A stretch of 63,156 nucleotides of DNA, the filler included, from Chiloscyllium plagiosum (taxonomy: Eukaryota): the NCBI RefSeq assembly GCF_004010195.1. It is 5 parts of 5 records of this genome, joined end to end, with 100 filler letters (N's around TTAATTAATTAA, not from the genome) between each part and the next. Parts side by side here need not be neighbours in the genome. Positions count along the whole stretch, not along the records: positions 1 to 21,595 come from NW_025211064.1; 4 more parts are not named here. One strand, written 5' to 3'. How positions within the stretch are numbered: the stretch's first letter is position 1; each line of letters opens with the position of its first letter. The notes beneath the pieces were generated by a model. That model did no database searches and had not been told where the DNA came from. It was given only the letters and a program-made list of their open reading frames with translations. The translations under genes were made by a program, and so were the position numbers. This document shows, in pieces, positions 1 to 13,711 of this stretch.

Positions 1-1029
1 CTACTGCTCAGACAGATTCTTTACAACCTTGGCCTCATCTTTTAGCCTGACCTACAAATTACAAAGCCACTGAAAATCTCAGCCATGTCCACGGGACTCC
101 AAACATGTCCAGTCCAATGTTGTCCTGGCCCCCATCACAGCCACCACCCTCCATAAACTTCTGCTGGCAGCTCATTCCATATGCGCACCAGCCTTTGTGT
201 AAAAAAAAACTGATATTTGTATCTGAACTCACACCAAGTTGCATTTTCCCATTGCCAGCTCCCCACCTCCTGTTCTCACTGACCTACATTATCTCCCAGT
301 TCAGCAACACCTCCATTTTCAAATTTTCATCATTGTTCTCAAACACCTCCCTGCCCTCTACCCTCCCTATCTCCGTAACCTCCTCCAAGCTGCCTCACTC
401 AGTGTGGTCAGCAATCCTGAATATATTGCTCTCCATTCCTTCCTCCAAGTCATTGAGAAATATTGTGAAAAGTCAAACTCCCAGCACAGATCCCTGGGGA
501 CACCACTATTCACATCTTGCACATTGGAGGACACACACATTATCTTTCTTCTCTGTCTCCTACCTCTAATTCCTGATTGCAGGCAAACACTTTTCTGAAA
601 TGAATGCTTCCATGTTTATAAAGAATCTTTTGCGTGGAACTTTCTTGAATGTCTTGTTGCTCAGAGTGACCATATTGGCAGCCAGTGTTGTTTCCTCAAG
701 GAACTCCAGCTCAGAGATGATGAGCTGGAGTCTGAGCCTGAACACTGTGACACATCAGGGAGGGACATTGTGTTTCAGGAGGCAGTCACACCCTGTCGGT
801 TAGACCCTTCAAATGATGGCCAGTAGTCAGGGACAGAAGAGTGTGACTACAAGGAAGCAGGTTAATACAACCTGAATTTGGCATTGCAGGCGCCTCAGCT
901 CTTGACCTGGTCCAACAGGAATGAGATACTTACTTCCTGCATGGATGAGGGAAAGGACTGCAGGGTAGATGGGCAAACTGACCATTGCACAAAGTAAAGA
1001 AGGGGATTCAATAATGATGGGTCTGATAG

Positions 1030-1590
1030 CACCATTTAGGTCTGATTAGGCCACAGCTGGAATACTGTGTGCAGTTCTGGTCACCACACTATCGGAAGGA
1101 CATGATTGCACTGAACAGGGTACAGAAGAGATACACCAGGATGTTGCCTGGGATGGAAAGTCTCAGTTATGAGGAAAGACTGGAGAGGCTGGGTTTGTTT
1201 TCCCTGGAGCAGGGGAGGCTGAGGGGTGCACCTGATTGAGGTACACAACATTGTGGAAGGCAAAGTAGATCATGAGAATCTTTATTCCATGGAAGATGTG
1301 TCTAAGGGCAGAAGGCATAAGATTAAGATGAGGATTAAGTGGTTTAGAAGGAATTTGAGCAAATATTTTTTCACCCAGGCGATACAGTTATGGGACAGGC
1401 TGCCTGAGAGGGTGGTGAAGGCAGGTACTCTCACAACATTTAAGAAGCATCCGGACAAGTACTTAAAATGCCAGGGCATGTTGGCTATGGACCAAGTGCA
1501 GGTCCATGGGATTAGTGCAGTTTGGTGTTTGTTGGTCAGTACAGAAATGGTGGGCCGAAAGGCCTGTTTCTGTGCTATATCACTCCATAA
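1030..1590 (+). mobile_element. CR1 LINE 3' fragment
   Basis: RPQLEYCVQFWSPH...LGLFSLEQ.RLRG.LIEV and CR1-type 3' UTR. Confidence 0.85.
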
Positions 1591-1597
1591 CCATGAC

Positions 1598-2580
1598 TTT
1601 ATGTTGAAGATAGTGCAGCCTTTGAAAAACTTTGAAGAGAAGGATGTGGAAGCATTTCCCATGTTGTTTGAGAAGATAGCAACACAAGTGAAGTGGCCAA
1701 AAGCAGACTGGAGCTTGCCCATGCAAAGTAAATGAACTGGGAAAGCACAAGAGATTTCTGCATCCCTGTCTAAGGAGCATTCTCAGGATCAAGAGGAGGG
1801 GAAAATGACTATTCAAAACTCATATGAGTCGGTTTCAGAAACATATAGGCAGAGGTTACAGAGCTTAAGGAAACAGCCTGGACAAACTTCTACTGAGTTT
1901 GGGAGAGTGCAACAAAATAATGTTGGCAAGTGGATAAGAACACTGAAGGCTGAGAGTACTTACAATGCTCCCAGAGAAATTATTCTTTGAGAAGAATTTA
2001 TGACTTCCTTTCCTTCCAGAATAAATATTCATGTAGAAGAGCAAAGACCAACAACAAGACAAGCAGCTATAATGATAACTGATCCAGAAACCTTTCTCAG
2101 TCAGCCCCAGAAATGGGAGAAAAATAAAAATTGGGAGAGTGTAAGGAAGACAGGGAGCCGGGGAGAGAATGGACAGGAGGAAACAGCCCGAGAACTCCTC
2201 CTCAGATTAAGAAGGAAATTGCTGAGGGTGGAAGTGATGATCAGAAGCTGAAATGTTTCTCTGGGAATAAGGTGGGTCATGTGTGTTTGGAATGTTGGAA
2301 GTTCTGAGGTAGATCCAAGGGACTTACAGGAGTTAGTAAAAATGAGTCAGAGGAGGGAACACAAACAGATAATCCCACGGAGCAGGTTGTAGCTGTAACT
2401 ATAACAAAAAGGCTGGAGGTGAATTCTGTCATTAGTAAAGGAACTTGGAAGATTGATGAGAGATGGACAGGACTTTTATCAAAAGGAACGGTGACTCCTT
2501 TTTCTTCAGCTAAACCCAGAATCCAACTGAGAGACACAGGGGCAAAACAGTCACTTTTGCTGGAGAAAAAATTGATTGAA
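1598..2580 (+). mobile_element. Decayed Gypsy (Gmr1-like) LTR retrotransposon gag/SCAN-like, zinc knuckle and protease remnant
   Basis: FEEKDVEAF..LFEKIATQVKWP, YESVSETYRQRLQSLRKQPGQT, degenerate knuckle KCF.GNKVGHVCLECW, protease LRDTGAKQSLL; multiple stops and frameshifts. Confidence 0.75.
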
Positions 2581-2584
2581 ATAA

Positions 2585-3700
2585 GGGCCAACATCCCAAT
2601 AGCTTTCCTGATTCCCTGCTGCTCCCATGCGCTAACTTTCTGTGTTTTGGGCACTTTGTTTTTTGCAGCTTTCTCATTTTTTCTCCATTTAAATAATATT
2701 CTGTTGTTTTATTCTCCCTTCCAAAAGATACAACTTCACATTTTCCCACATGAAACTTCATCTGCCAGCCTTTCCTCACTGACCTCACCAATAAATATCT
2801 CTCTATTAACTGTTTGTATCATTCTTGTAACTTGCCTTTCCCCCTATTTTTGTGCCATCTGTAATTTTGGCTACAGTACATTCACTTGCTTCTTCCACGT
2901 CATTGATAAATATTGTAAACAGTTGTGGCCCCAGCACTGATCCCTGTGGAATGCCACTGGTCACAGGTCACCAACCTGAAAAGGAATCCCCTTATCCCCA
3001 TTCCGTGTTTCCTTCCTATTTGCCAATTCTCTGTCCATGCCGATATACTACCTTGAACTCCATGAGCTCTTATGATTTAATTTTCTGTGAGGTACATGTT
3101 GAACACCTTCTGGAAGTCCAATCACAAACATCTACTGGATCCCCTCTACCCACTCTGGTGGGTCTTTCATGATAAACTCTAACAAATTAGTCAGCCTTAA
3201 TATTTTGTTTATTATTACTGTTCCTTAATGATTGATTCTAAAATTTTTCAAACAACAAATGTTTGTGAAATTAGCCTCTGGTTCCTCCCATTTTAGTCAA
3301 TTAATGATAAGAATACATTCCTATCCACTCTATCTCTGCCCCTCACAATCTTATACCTCTCTACCAGGTTCCCTCTCAACCTTCACTGCTCCAAAGAAAA
3401 TAACCCCAGCCAGACCAATCTTTCCTCATAGCTCAGACCCTCCAGGCCAGGCAGCATCCTGGAAAATCTCCTCTGCACCCTCTGGAGTACAATCACACCT
3501 TTCCCATTATGTGGGGACCAGAACTACACACAATACTCCAGTTGTGGCCTAACCAATGTTTTATGCAGTTCCAGCATACCCCTCCCCGCTCTTGTATTCT
3601 AATAAAGGCAAGTATCCCATTTGTCTTCTGAGCCACATATCTCCCTGTCCTGTTACCTTTAGAGATTTGTGGATATACTCACTGAGTTCCCCCAATCTTC
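2585..3700 (-). mobile_element. CR1 LINE fragments
   Basis: WQMKFHVGKCEVVSFGR and [13 protein letters not shown] motifs on the minus strand. Confidence 0.75.
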
Positions 3701-4124
3701 AGTACAATTTTGAGTCCTCACTCTCTGCCATAAACTTTAGCCTTTTACCTTCTCCAAACCTGTCCATCCCTTGACAATCAGGGTTCTCTGGGCTTGTTGG
3801 TCCCACCCTTCATTTTTACAGTAACATGTACTCGCATTATTTCCTTTCGGAAAGACTCCCACTGCTCTGATATAGATTTTCCTACAAGGATCTGCTCCCA
3901 GTCCACTTCAGCTAGCTCCTGCTTCATCATTGGCTCTGGCACCACATGGAGGCCAGACCAGATAAGGATGGCAGATTTCCATCCGTAAAGGACATTGGTG
4001 AACCTGATGGGTTTTTATGACGTTTGTCAATGATTTCATGGTCATCACTGGATTTATCGCATCTTACACCTGAAAAAGATCCTTTGGTCCATTATCAAGC
4101 AGTTGCCTCCACTCATCCCACTGT

Positions 4125-4357
4125 ATGTTTGTGAGAGTGTGAGAGAATCTGGGAGAGTATGCATGTATATATGTGTGCATGTGTGTGTGTATGTGTGTAT
4201 GAATCTGTGTGAGAGTGTGTGACTGTGTGAATGTGTGTGTGCGTGCATGTGAATGCATGCATGAATGGGTTTGTGCAGGTGTGTTTGCATGGTGTTTTTC
4301 TGTGTGTATGTGTGTATGAGAGAGAGAGAGAGAGAGTGTGAGCAAGAGAGAGAGAGA
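4125..4357. repeat. (TG)n/(AG)n compound microsatellite
   Basis: Directly visible. Confidence 0.9.
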
Positions 4358-4369
4358 CCCCCACCTTCT

Positions 4370-5625
4370 CCATTTTGTTTGCTCCATTACTTTTGTCACC
4401 GTTCATCGCCTGCTCCACAAGTCACGGTAATGACAAATGGCTCCATCACTGACCCATTCCCCATTGGGACTGGGACAAGCAGAGCTGTGTCATCGCCCCA
4501 ACACTGTGCTCGATCTACTTCACTGCAATGCTTCACCTCAGCGCTGACAAGCTCCTTGCTGGGGTGGAGCTAACTTACAGAACCTGTGGGAAATTATTCA
4601 ACATCTGCTGCCTTCAAGCCAAAACCAAAGTCAGCCCAACCAGTGTGATCGAGCTGCAGTATGCAGATAATGCTTGTGTGTGTGCAATCTCAGAGAATGT
4701 ATTCCAGACCATTGTTAGCATCTTTACTGAGTCACATGAGAGCATGGTTCTCATCCTGAACATCCACAAGATGAAGGTCCTAAACCAACCTGGCCCAATC
4801 ATCAAGGTCCATGAGGAGGCCTCAGAGAACCTTGACCACTTCCAAAACCTCGGAAGTCTTCTGTCAGCCAAAGCAGCTGTTGATGAAGAGATCCAGCATC
4901 ACCCCCAATGTGTTAGAGCAGTCTTCAGTCACCTGAAGAAAAGGGTGTTCGAGGACAACAGTATCAGATCCAAGACCAAGCTCATGGTTTACAGAGCTGT
5001 GGTGGTTCCCACCCTCCAATATGTCTCTGACACATGGACTGTCAGAGAAAGCACCTCAAGGCAACAGAGTAGTATCACCAATGCTGCCTGCACAAGATCC
5101 TGTGAGTCAGCAGGGAAGACAGACACACAAATACCAGTTAATCCTCAAACAGGCCAACATCCCCAGCATTGAGGCACTGACCACCCTTGATTGGCCACAG
5201 TGGGCTGGACAAGCCGTCTACATGACCGACACAAGCCTCCCCAAGCAGGTGCTCTACTCCCAGCTTTGAAATGGCAGGCAAGCCCCAGGTGGACAGAGGA
5301 AGTGGTTCAGGGATACCCTCAGGGCCTCATTGGCAAAGTGCGGCATTCCCACAGACACCTGGGAATCACTGGCCCAAAACTGTCTAAAGTGGAGGATGAG
5401 CATCGAGCACCTTGAAACTCGCCACCAGGAAAAACAATGGAAGCCAGACAAAAACAGGGAAAGGAACATACTTCCACATCAATACCCCATCTACCCCTTC
5501 CTGTGATCACCACCTGCCCCACATATAGCAGAACCTGCTGTCGCCACATCAGTCTATGCAGCCACATATGGACTCACTCTAAGGGTGGAAGTGTCATCCT
5601 TGTCTGCGAGGGACCACTGTCAACG
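4370..5625 (+). mobile_element. RTE-clade LINE, 3' part (RT and C-terminal Cys/His motif)
   Basis: ELQYADNACV, YLGS-like NLGSLLS, TKLMVYRAVVVPTLQY, terminal TCPT.SRTC...LCSHIWTH. Confidence 0.82.
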
Positions 5626-6071
5626 TTGATGTCTTTTGTATGTGTGTGTGTATGTGTGCATGTGTGTGTGTGTTGAAACTGTCTGAGTGATCCCAGGATT
5701 CAGACTTGAGAATATTACTTCAAGTATGGGAATTTGAGTTCAGAACACATTCCACCGATTTCTGGAACAGGAGGAGGTCTTTCAGGTCATTCACTGAGAA
5801 AGTGTCTAGAATAATGAAACATCTCTGAGAATCACAATAATAACTGTTTTATTGAAGCTTTCAAGAGTTCTGTGTTGATTGACACAATGGTTTGGGCTTT
5901 GCTGTCTGTACGAACCATCTGTAATGTCTTTGCTGCAATGGTTCACATTTCCATCATCAAACTTACACTCAAAATATCCCGTCATTATTCTCTATGGGAT
6001 TCACTGGAATTGGCTAAAATGGGATCCCAGTAGCTCAAATGGATGGAGGGATGGAGCTCAGAGAGATAGAC

Positions 6072-6106
<35 letters not shown>

Positions 6107-7512
6107 CAAAGAGAGATCATTTCCCCACCGAACAGATCCACTCTGGATCAGAGGAAATCTTGGGTTAGGTTTTGGGAGTGAGTGGGACTGCTGGATCTGA
6201 GAGGGGGAAAAGGTAACAATGAGAATCCAATCAGACAGAGCCTTGTCAGGGAGGGAGAGAGGGAGGGGATTGTTGGCACTGGGCACAGTAAACCAACTCA
6301 TGGTGTCCAAGAGGCCGAGTGGGCAGTTTCTGGTGAGAAACTGAAACTTCTGCAGCTTCTCCTGGCTTCCAACTCCGTCATTAAATCAGGAGCAGTTTCA
6401 ACAGAGGAACCCCATTTCTCATCAGCACACACCGACACCATCATCAGAACCAAAGGAATAGGGACAGCAGGAGGCCATTCTGTCTCTCGCTCCCTCCCTC
6501 TCTCTCTCTCTCTCTCTCTCCCCCTGGCCCTCCCTCTGTCTTGGTGCTGACTTTTACATCTGAATGGGTTCTCTGGGAGTCAGTGTTTCATAGAAGAGGC
6601 TGGGTCTCATGCTTTTTGATGCCGTAGTGTTCATGAGTGTGGTGAGGGAGGGGATTCAGGCACTGTTCTTTGATGTCAGGCAGTGACGCCTGTCCCAGTG
6701 TGTCAGACTGTGATGCTGTTGTTTGCTGGCACTGACACTATGATATTGATTGCAATGTCACTCAGTTTGACAGGAGGTTACATGGCTGGATCAGTGGTGA
6801 GGGCAAAGCAGACTGAACAAGGAGCTGCAATCATCAGTCACTGTTGAAACCCTTCATACAGCCCTCACTGTCTGGAAACTTCATCACCAAAGATTCTTTC
6901 AGCTCCTTTATGACAGCCCTGGAGCTGAAAAGGGAGAAAGAGAACGACATCTTTTCGAGAGGCTCCTGGATACAATGTACTCTGTGTATTCCCCATTAAT
7001 GACAGGCCATCTGTCCACATTGAACTCATTGATGAAGCTGCAGCCCAGCTCCTGTTCCTGTCTTTCAGTCAAGGAGACAGAGAAGGATCCAGAACAGGGG
7101 GAGGCTGTTCAGCTCCTTGTGTCAGTGCTAGCTGTTTACTAACATCACTCACAATGAACATCTCTGTTGAATGTGTTGTTGGCAAGTGATTGAATCTGTT
7201 TTTAAGAGATAGAATATCTGACAAATATGAACTGATACAAGAAAGTCAGCATGGATTTTCTCAGGGTCAAACAGCTTGAACTGACATGGTTACATTTTAT
7301 CAAAGAGGTCACTAAAGTGTGAGATAAGGGAATGTCGATGGGTGCTGTTCACATGAACTTCCAGAAGGCATTCAAGAAAATTGCACACAAAATTTATAAT
7401 GTTATAATGAGAACAAAAAGATGATAGAATAATTCAATATATATTCAGGATTTTTGTACACAAAGGAAGACTCGAAAACATTCCCAAATTGTTGTGTTCA
7501 CAGGGTCTAGAC

Positions 7513-7850
7513 CAGGGGTGGGGAACCTGCAGCTTTCAGGCCGCATGTGGTCTTCTAGGCCATTGTGTGTGGCCTTTTGAATGAATCCAAATTTTGCAGA
7601 ACTAATCTTTTATTTTTTATTAATATGTATTTTTGATCCTTCATTACTTTTATTTTAATCTTAAAATGAATGTATTTAAAATACCAGAGAGTAAAAGAAA
7701 GTTCAACGAAATAATCCTCACAGACTGACCACCACAATTAAAAAAATGTGAATTTTCAAGAATATATAATTGAAGTTTCTTGGATGCAGCCTTATTAGAT
7801 TACAACTAACATAATGCAGTGTTCCAACATGAAAAGGCTCCCCACCTCTG
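7513..7850. mobile_element. hAT (Charlie-type) MITE, 338 bp
   Basis: TIRs CAGGGGTGGGGAACCT / AGGCTCCCCACCTCTG; flanking 8-mers GTCTAGAC / GTCGAGAG resemble the NTCTAGAN target duplication. Confidence 0.8.
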
Positions 7851-7889
7851 GTCGAGAGTGAGGGAGAAAAAGTTTTTAAAGGTAAATGG

Positions 7890-10800
7890 ATTTGGGGAAA
7901 ATTGATGGGATTAAAGTTTGATAATCGACATACTAGGTATTCAGGAAATGGCTCAAAAACTTTGGGAACATTGGTGATCATCTTCCAAGATTCTATTGAT
8001 TCTGGAACAATTCCTTCAGAATGGAGAGTTGCTGATGTAACCTCACTCTTAAAATGGGAGGGAGAGAGAAAACAGGGAATCTTAGACCAGTCAGCCTGGT
8101 GTTGGTATTGGGGAAAATACTTGTGTCTGTTATAAAAGATGTAATAGCTGAGCACATGGAAAACAGTGACAGGATTGTACAGAGTCAGCATGGATTGTGG
8201 GAAGGGAAATCATACTTAACAAATCAACTGGAATTGTTTGAGGATGTAAGGAATGGATTTAATAAGGTGAAGCTAGTAGTTTTTTTTCTTTATTCATTCA
8301 TGGGAAGAGGGTGTCACTCGATAGGCAGCACTTATTGCCCAGAGGGCAGTTAAAAGTCAACCACATTGTTGTGGGTCTGGAGTCACATGTTGTCCAGACC
8401 AGGTAAGGATGGCCGTTTCCTTCCCTAAAGGACATTAGTGAACCAGATGGGTTTTTCCAACAATCAACAGTGGATGCATGGTCATTATTAGATTCTTAAT
8501 TCTGGATTAATGTGCTTCATTTACACTTTCAAAAGCCTTCTGATAAATCACACAAAAGAGGATAGCATATAAAATTAAGGCTCATGGGATTGGGGGCAGT
8601 GTATTGACATGGATAGAGAACTGATTGCTGACAGGAAACAAAGTCATGGAGTCATTGAGTCGTACAGCATGGAGACAGGCCCTTCGGCCTAAACTGGCCC
8701 ACACCGACCAAAATGTCCGACCACACTAACTGGTCCATATCCTTCTTAACTTTTTCCACCCATGTATTTGGCCAAATGCCTTTTAAATATTGTTAATGTA
8801 CCTGCCTCAATCACTTCTGCTGGCAGCTCATTCCATACGTGTACCATCCTCTGTGTAACAAAGTGCCCCTCAGGTTCCCTTTTATTCTTTCCCCTCTAAC
8901 CTTAAACTGATGCCCTCTCGTCCTTTATTTACAAACTCTGTGAAAAAGACTGAGTGCATTCACCCTATCCATGCCTCTCATGATCTGAGACACTGCTATA
9001 AGTTTCCCCCTCAGTATCCCATGCTCTAAAGAAAAAGGTCCTAGCTTGTCCAACCTCTCCCTATAACTCAGACCCTTGAGTTCTGGCAACATTCTTGTAA
9101 ATTTCTCCTGCACTTTTTCCAGTTTAATAACATCCTTCCTATAACAAGGTGACCAAAACTGAACACAATACTCCAAGTGTGGCCTCACCAACTTCCCAAC
9201 TTCCATAGTCAATGCCATGACTGATGAAGGTTACTGTGCCAAAAGCCTTCATCACTGTCCTGTCTAACAGTGACTCCACTTCCAGAGTACCATGCATCTG
9301 AACTCCAAGGTCCTTCTGCATCACTACACTCCTTCAGGCCCTACCATTCACCATGAAACTCCTACCTTGATTTGACTTTCCAAAATGTAAGACCTCACAC
9401 TTATCTACATTCAACTCCATTAGCCATTTCTCGGTCCACTTCCCCAGCTGATCAAAGTCCTGCTGCAATTTCTAATAACCTTCCTCACTGTCCATGATAC
9501 CGCCTATTTTAGTGTGATTTGGAAATTTATGAATCAAGTCTTGTACATTCTCATCCAAATTATTGATATAGATATAATGTAGGAATCAACGGGCCTTTTT
9601 CTGAAAGGGCTGGATGAGCTCAGATCTGGACCACAGGCCTGCATACCAATGATTCACATGATATGTTAATGATTTAGATGATGGAATTAAGATTAATATC
9701 TCCAGATTAGCAGATGACACAAAGCTGGTTGAGAGGGGGAGCTGTGAGGAGGATGTAGAGATGCTTCTGAGTGATTTGAATGAGTTGAGTAAGTCACAGA
9801 TGATGTACAATGTGGATAAATGTGAAGTTACTCAGTTTAGCATCAAAAACAGGAATGCAGATTATTATCTGAATCGGGATAGACTGAGAATGGGAAGGTG
9901 CAATATACACCAGTCGCTAAAAGTAAGCATTGCAGTAGCAGCAAGTAGTGAAGAAGGCCAATGGTATTTAGGTCTTCATAACGATAGGATTCAAGTACAG
10001 GGGCAGGGATATCTTGCTGCAATTTTACAGGGCTCTAGTGAGATCACACCTGGAGTATTCCATCAAAATTTGGCTCAGTGACAGGAGACAGAGGGTAGAG
10101 GCAGAAAGTTGTTTGTATGACTTGAGTCCAGTGTGCAGTGGGATACCACAGGGATCACTGCTGGGTCCCTTATTATTTGTGATACTTAGAAACGGTATGG
10201 GTGAGAATGTGATGGTGTGAGGGGTGGGGTTAGTGAATGAAACTAAGTTTGTATATGGCATGAAGATTGGTGGATGGTTAACAGTGAGGAAGAAGGTGTT
10301 AGGTTACAGGAGGATATAAGTGGGTTGGTCAGATAGGCAGTGCAAAGGAAGATGTGATTTAACCCTGCTAAATGTGAGGTGAAGCACTGTGGAAGACACA
10401 GCAGGTTAACAGGGCAGGAATGAAGACATATAGGATGCTTACCTTTATCATTTCAGGGGTGGATGATAAAAACAGAGAGGTTATGTTGGAATTGTTCAGA
10501 ACTTAGGTGAGGCGAGAGCTGAAGTAGGTGCAGTTCTGGTCACCACACTACAGGAAGGATGTGATTTCACTGGATGGGGTGCAGATGAGATTAACCAGGA
10601 AGTTGCCTAGGATGGAGCATTTCAATGATGAAGAGAGGCTGGATAAGTTTGGGTTGTTGTCTTTGTAGCAGAGAAGGTTGCGGGGGTCCCTGATAGAGAT
10701 GTATAAAGTTATGAGGAGAATGCACAGGAGGCAGAGAGTAAATAACATGGTGGCACACATTCTTGTGAAAAGCAGGAGCTTCAGAAGGTATTTGAGGAGC

Positions 10801-11010
10801 ATAATTTTCACCCAGAAGATGGTGAGAGTCTGCATGCATTGACTGGGAGGATAGTTGCAGGAGGAAACACCTTAACCTTTAAAATGTCCTTGTATGAACA
10901 TTCAAGGCTATGGGCCTAATGTTAGAAAGTGAGACTTGTTTAAGTTTAGTGTTGTTTGGCTGGTACAGGATCAATGGGCTGAAGGGCCTCTTGTGTGTGA
11001 TTTTATTATT
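7890..11010. mobile_element. Nested CR1 LINE fragments: plus-strand RT pieces interrupted by a minus-strand 3' copy (8645-9570)
   Basis: WRVADVTSL, RPVSL, ADDTKL, GIPQGSLLGPLLF, RPHLEYCVQFWSP. Confidence 0.85.
8305..8505 (+). mobile_element. DeuSINE-like fragment (related pieces at ~3925-4060 and ~46360-46440)
   Basis: ccagaccaggtaaggatggc..tttccttccctaaaggacattagtgaaccagatgggttttt shared between copies. Confidence 0.6.
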
Positions 11011-11049
11011 CTATTCTGTGCAATTTTGGTCTTCTTATAAGAGGAAGGA

Positions 11050-11470
11050 TATCCTGGCTGTGAAGGGAGGGCAGGGAGGGGTTTGAGGACAAGGATGAGT
11101 ATTTGAAAAATGAATATTGCTAGACCGGGAGCCAATGTAGGTCAGTGACCATGGCGGGAGGACCTGGGGGGTCTTGGTGCAAGTTTGGATATGGGCAGCA
11201 GAGTTTGGGATGACCTGACATTTACAAAGTGCGGTGACTCTGACGTGGTCCAGGATAACATTGGAATGGTCACGTTTGGAGTCCCAACAACATGGCTGAG
11301 ATTTTCAACGGCTGATCTTTGTGATGTGGGGGACATGGGGCTCAGACCAGCCTCAAAGATGATGCCAAGGTTGGAACGAGTCTGGTTGAGCAGCAGACAG
11401 TGCTCAGGGAGAGGGATGGAGTTTGTGCTGGGAGCTGAAGAGGATGGCTTTGATCTTCCCAATGTGTTTC
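11050..11470 (-). mobile_element. L2-like LINE 3' fragment (related copy at ~1-430 on plus)
   Basis: NSIPLP..CL.LNQT..NLGIIF motif; the two pieces resemble each other (gaaaatctcagccatgt...actccaaac). Confidence 0.6.
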
Positions 11471-11914
11471 CCATTGAGCCTGGCTCCTCAGTCCTGACTG
11501 CTCTTAGCTGCTGTGATTGTCACTGATTGGACACTTATTATTAGAGATTCTGACCACAGCTGAAAGCCCCAGTGTAAAAAATAACTGCAAAGACTGTCAG
11601 AGCGCAAGGTTGAAACTTCACCAACAGAGGAAGTGAAAGAAGGAGCTCAGAGCAGCTGGATGTTTGTTACTGAGACGGGACAAAACTGTGAACTCTCTGC
11701 ACTCCCTGGAATCTGATGGCACAGGAGACTGGTTTGGGGAATTTCTTTTTTGCAGAAACGGCATAATGATGGAAACAGAGTCAGTCACTCTCTCACAAAC
11801 ACACACGCCTGCACTCGGAGATCAGAAACACAATCCAGCAGCAGCTCTGTCTCCAAGCTGTGAAACCTGCACAGAATTGTTCCCTCATTCAGTTTTTAAC
11901 TGGCAGGATAGACC

Positions 11915-12430
11915 AAGCAGGGGAGGCAACACAGTGGTGTGTACAGTCGGAAGGGAGTTGCCCTGGGAGTCCTCACCATTAACTATGGAATCCATGAAGC
12001 CTCATGACAGCAGGCCAAACATGGAGAAGGAAACTTCCTGCTGATTACCACATAGCACCGCCAGCCCCTCCAACCTCAACTGAGCAGTCAGTCCTCCTCC
12101 ATGTTGAACAACACTTGGAGGGAGCACTGAGGGTGTGAAGGATACAGGATATACCCTGAGTAAGGGACTTCAAAGTCCACCATCAAGAGCTGCTCAGAAG
12201 CATCACTACTGACCAAGGTGGTCAAGTTCCACCTGATCCAGCTGCGAGACTGGATCTGGGGCGGGTGGTGAGGGAACCAACAAGAGGGAAAAACATACTC
12301 ACTATCACCCTCACCAATCTGCCTGCTGCTGGTGTATCTGTCCATGACAGTATCAGTAAGAGTGACCACCGCACAATCCGTGTGGTGACAAAATCCAATC
12401 TTCACATTGAGATTACCTTACATTCTGTTG
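11915..12430 (+). mobile_element. LINE APE-endonuclease fragment
   Basis: QDRPSRGGNTVV, GDF, VREPTRGKNIL, SKSDH motifs. Confidence 0.7.
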
Positions 12431-13711
12431 GGCAAGAGATACGGGATGTCAGGAAGAACTTTGTTTATAGCAGCAATTGGTAATGACTTGGAAATTAGTG
12501 CTCATTCAGGTGAGGCAGGTGAAGACACTCAGTGATTGCAATGACAGATTGGATGGGCTCTTGATGGAAGTAAATCTGCAAGGTCCTGGGGGTCGAGTAG
12601 GGGAGGGGGTGGGACTGACTGGATTGCTCCATGAAATGACAGCATTTACCTGACAGGCTGAATGTTCTCCCCCTGTGCTGGAAATAGGTCTCACTCAATA
12701 AGGGGTTTGACATTGGAGAGTTTAGATGCAGCAAATACGGGACAAATTGTTTCTCCAGGCAGAAGGGTCAGTAACCAGAGGGCACACATTTCAGAAAAGG
12801 TCTGAAGAACAAGAGAGAAGGTAGGAACATTTTTATCCAGCGAGTTCATGGTGACTGTCTGCAAGGTGAGTGGAAGTGGATTCAACAGCAACTTTCAAAA
12901 GGGCATTTGGAGAAATAGCTGAAAAGGAAACAATTGCAGGGTTATACAGGAAGGGCTGGGTAAATGGGACTCACTGGACTCATTTGACCAACAGTCACAA
13001 TAGGCCCAGTGTCCTCTGTCTGTGCTGTATAAGAGCTTACACATACATATTCTCACCTTTACACAAAGACTGGGAGAAACAGACAACCCAGTTTACAGAA
13101 GAGTGTTTTCTCAAGGAAAACAGTCTTGAACCAACTCAGGGAACAGGCCAGACTAGATTTACTGAAATAATTCAGCAATGCAATGGCAAGGAACAACGAA
13201 CCAAAAATAATGGCATTGAACAGTATATTCAATAGCACTATCATCAAGAGGGGAAGCGATAAATGGTAGGAGGTCAGAGAGTATGCTCTAGGGGTCTGAA
13301 GGCTCTGCTGTCAATGGTGGGATGGAGGAAGCAGCAATGGACAGGAGACCAGAGACAGAAGGTGGAAGGGGGAGGGAGGGAATGTGGGTCTGCAGCAGGA
13401 TACAGAGTGAGGGAAGAGGGAGGCCATGGAGGCAATTGGCTGGCAGTGAGGTCAGGGGTCATTCTGGAATGACATATGAGTAAGACAGGGAAGGGACCAT
13501 TCCATATCAGACAAGTTAGGGTTAATGGCTTCAGGAAGCTGAGAGAGGACATTGGAATCATAGAGTAGAAAATGGGATGAGCAGCAATTAGGGTTTCTAT
13601 GGTCAAGGAGCTGAGGTAGTCCAGAGACGGACAATGTTGTTGAGATTGAAATAAGAAGCCTACGTGATGGGGAGGATGTGGAGTTTGCAGCCTAGGTAAT
13701 GGGCAGTCCAT

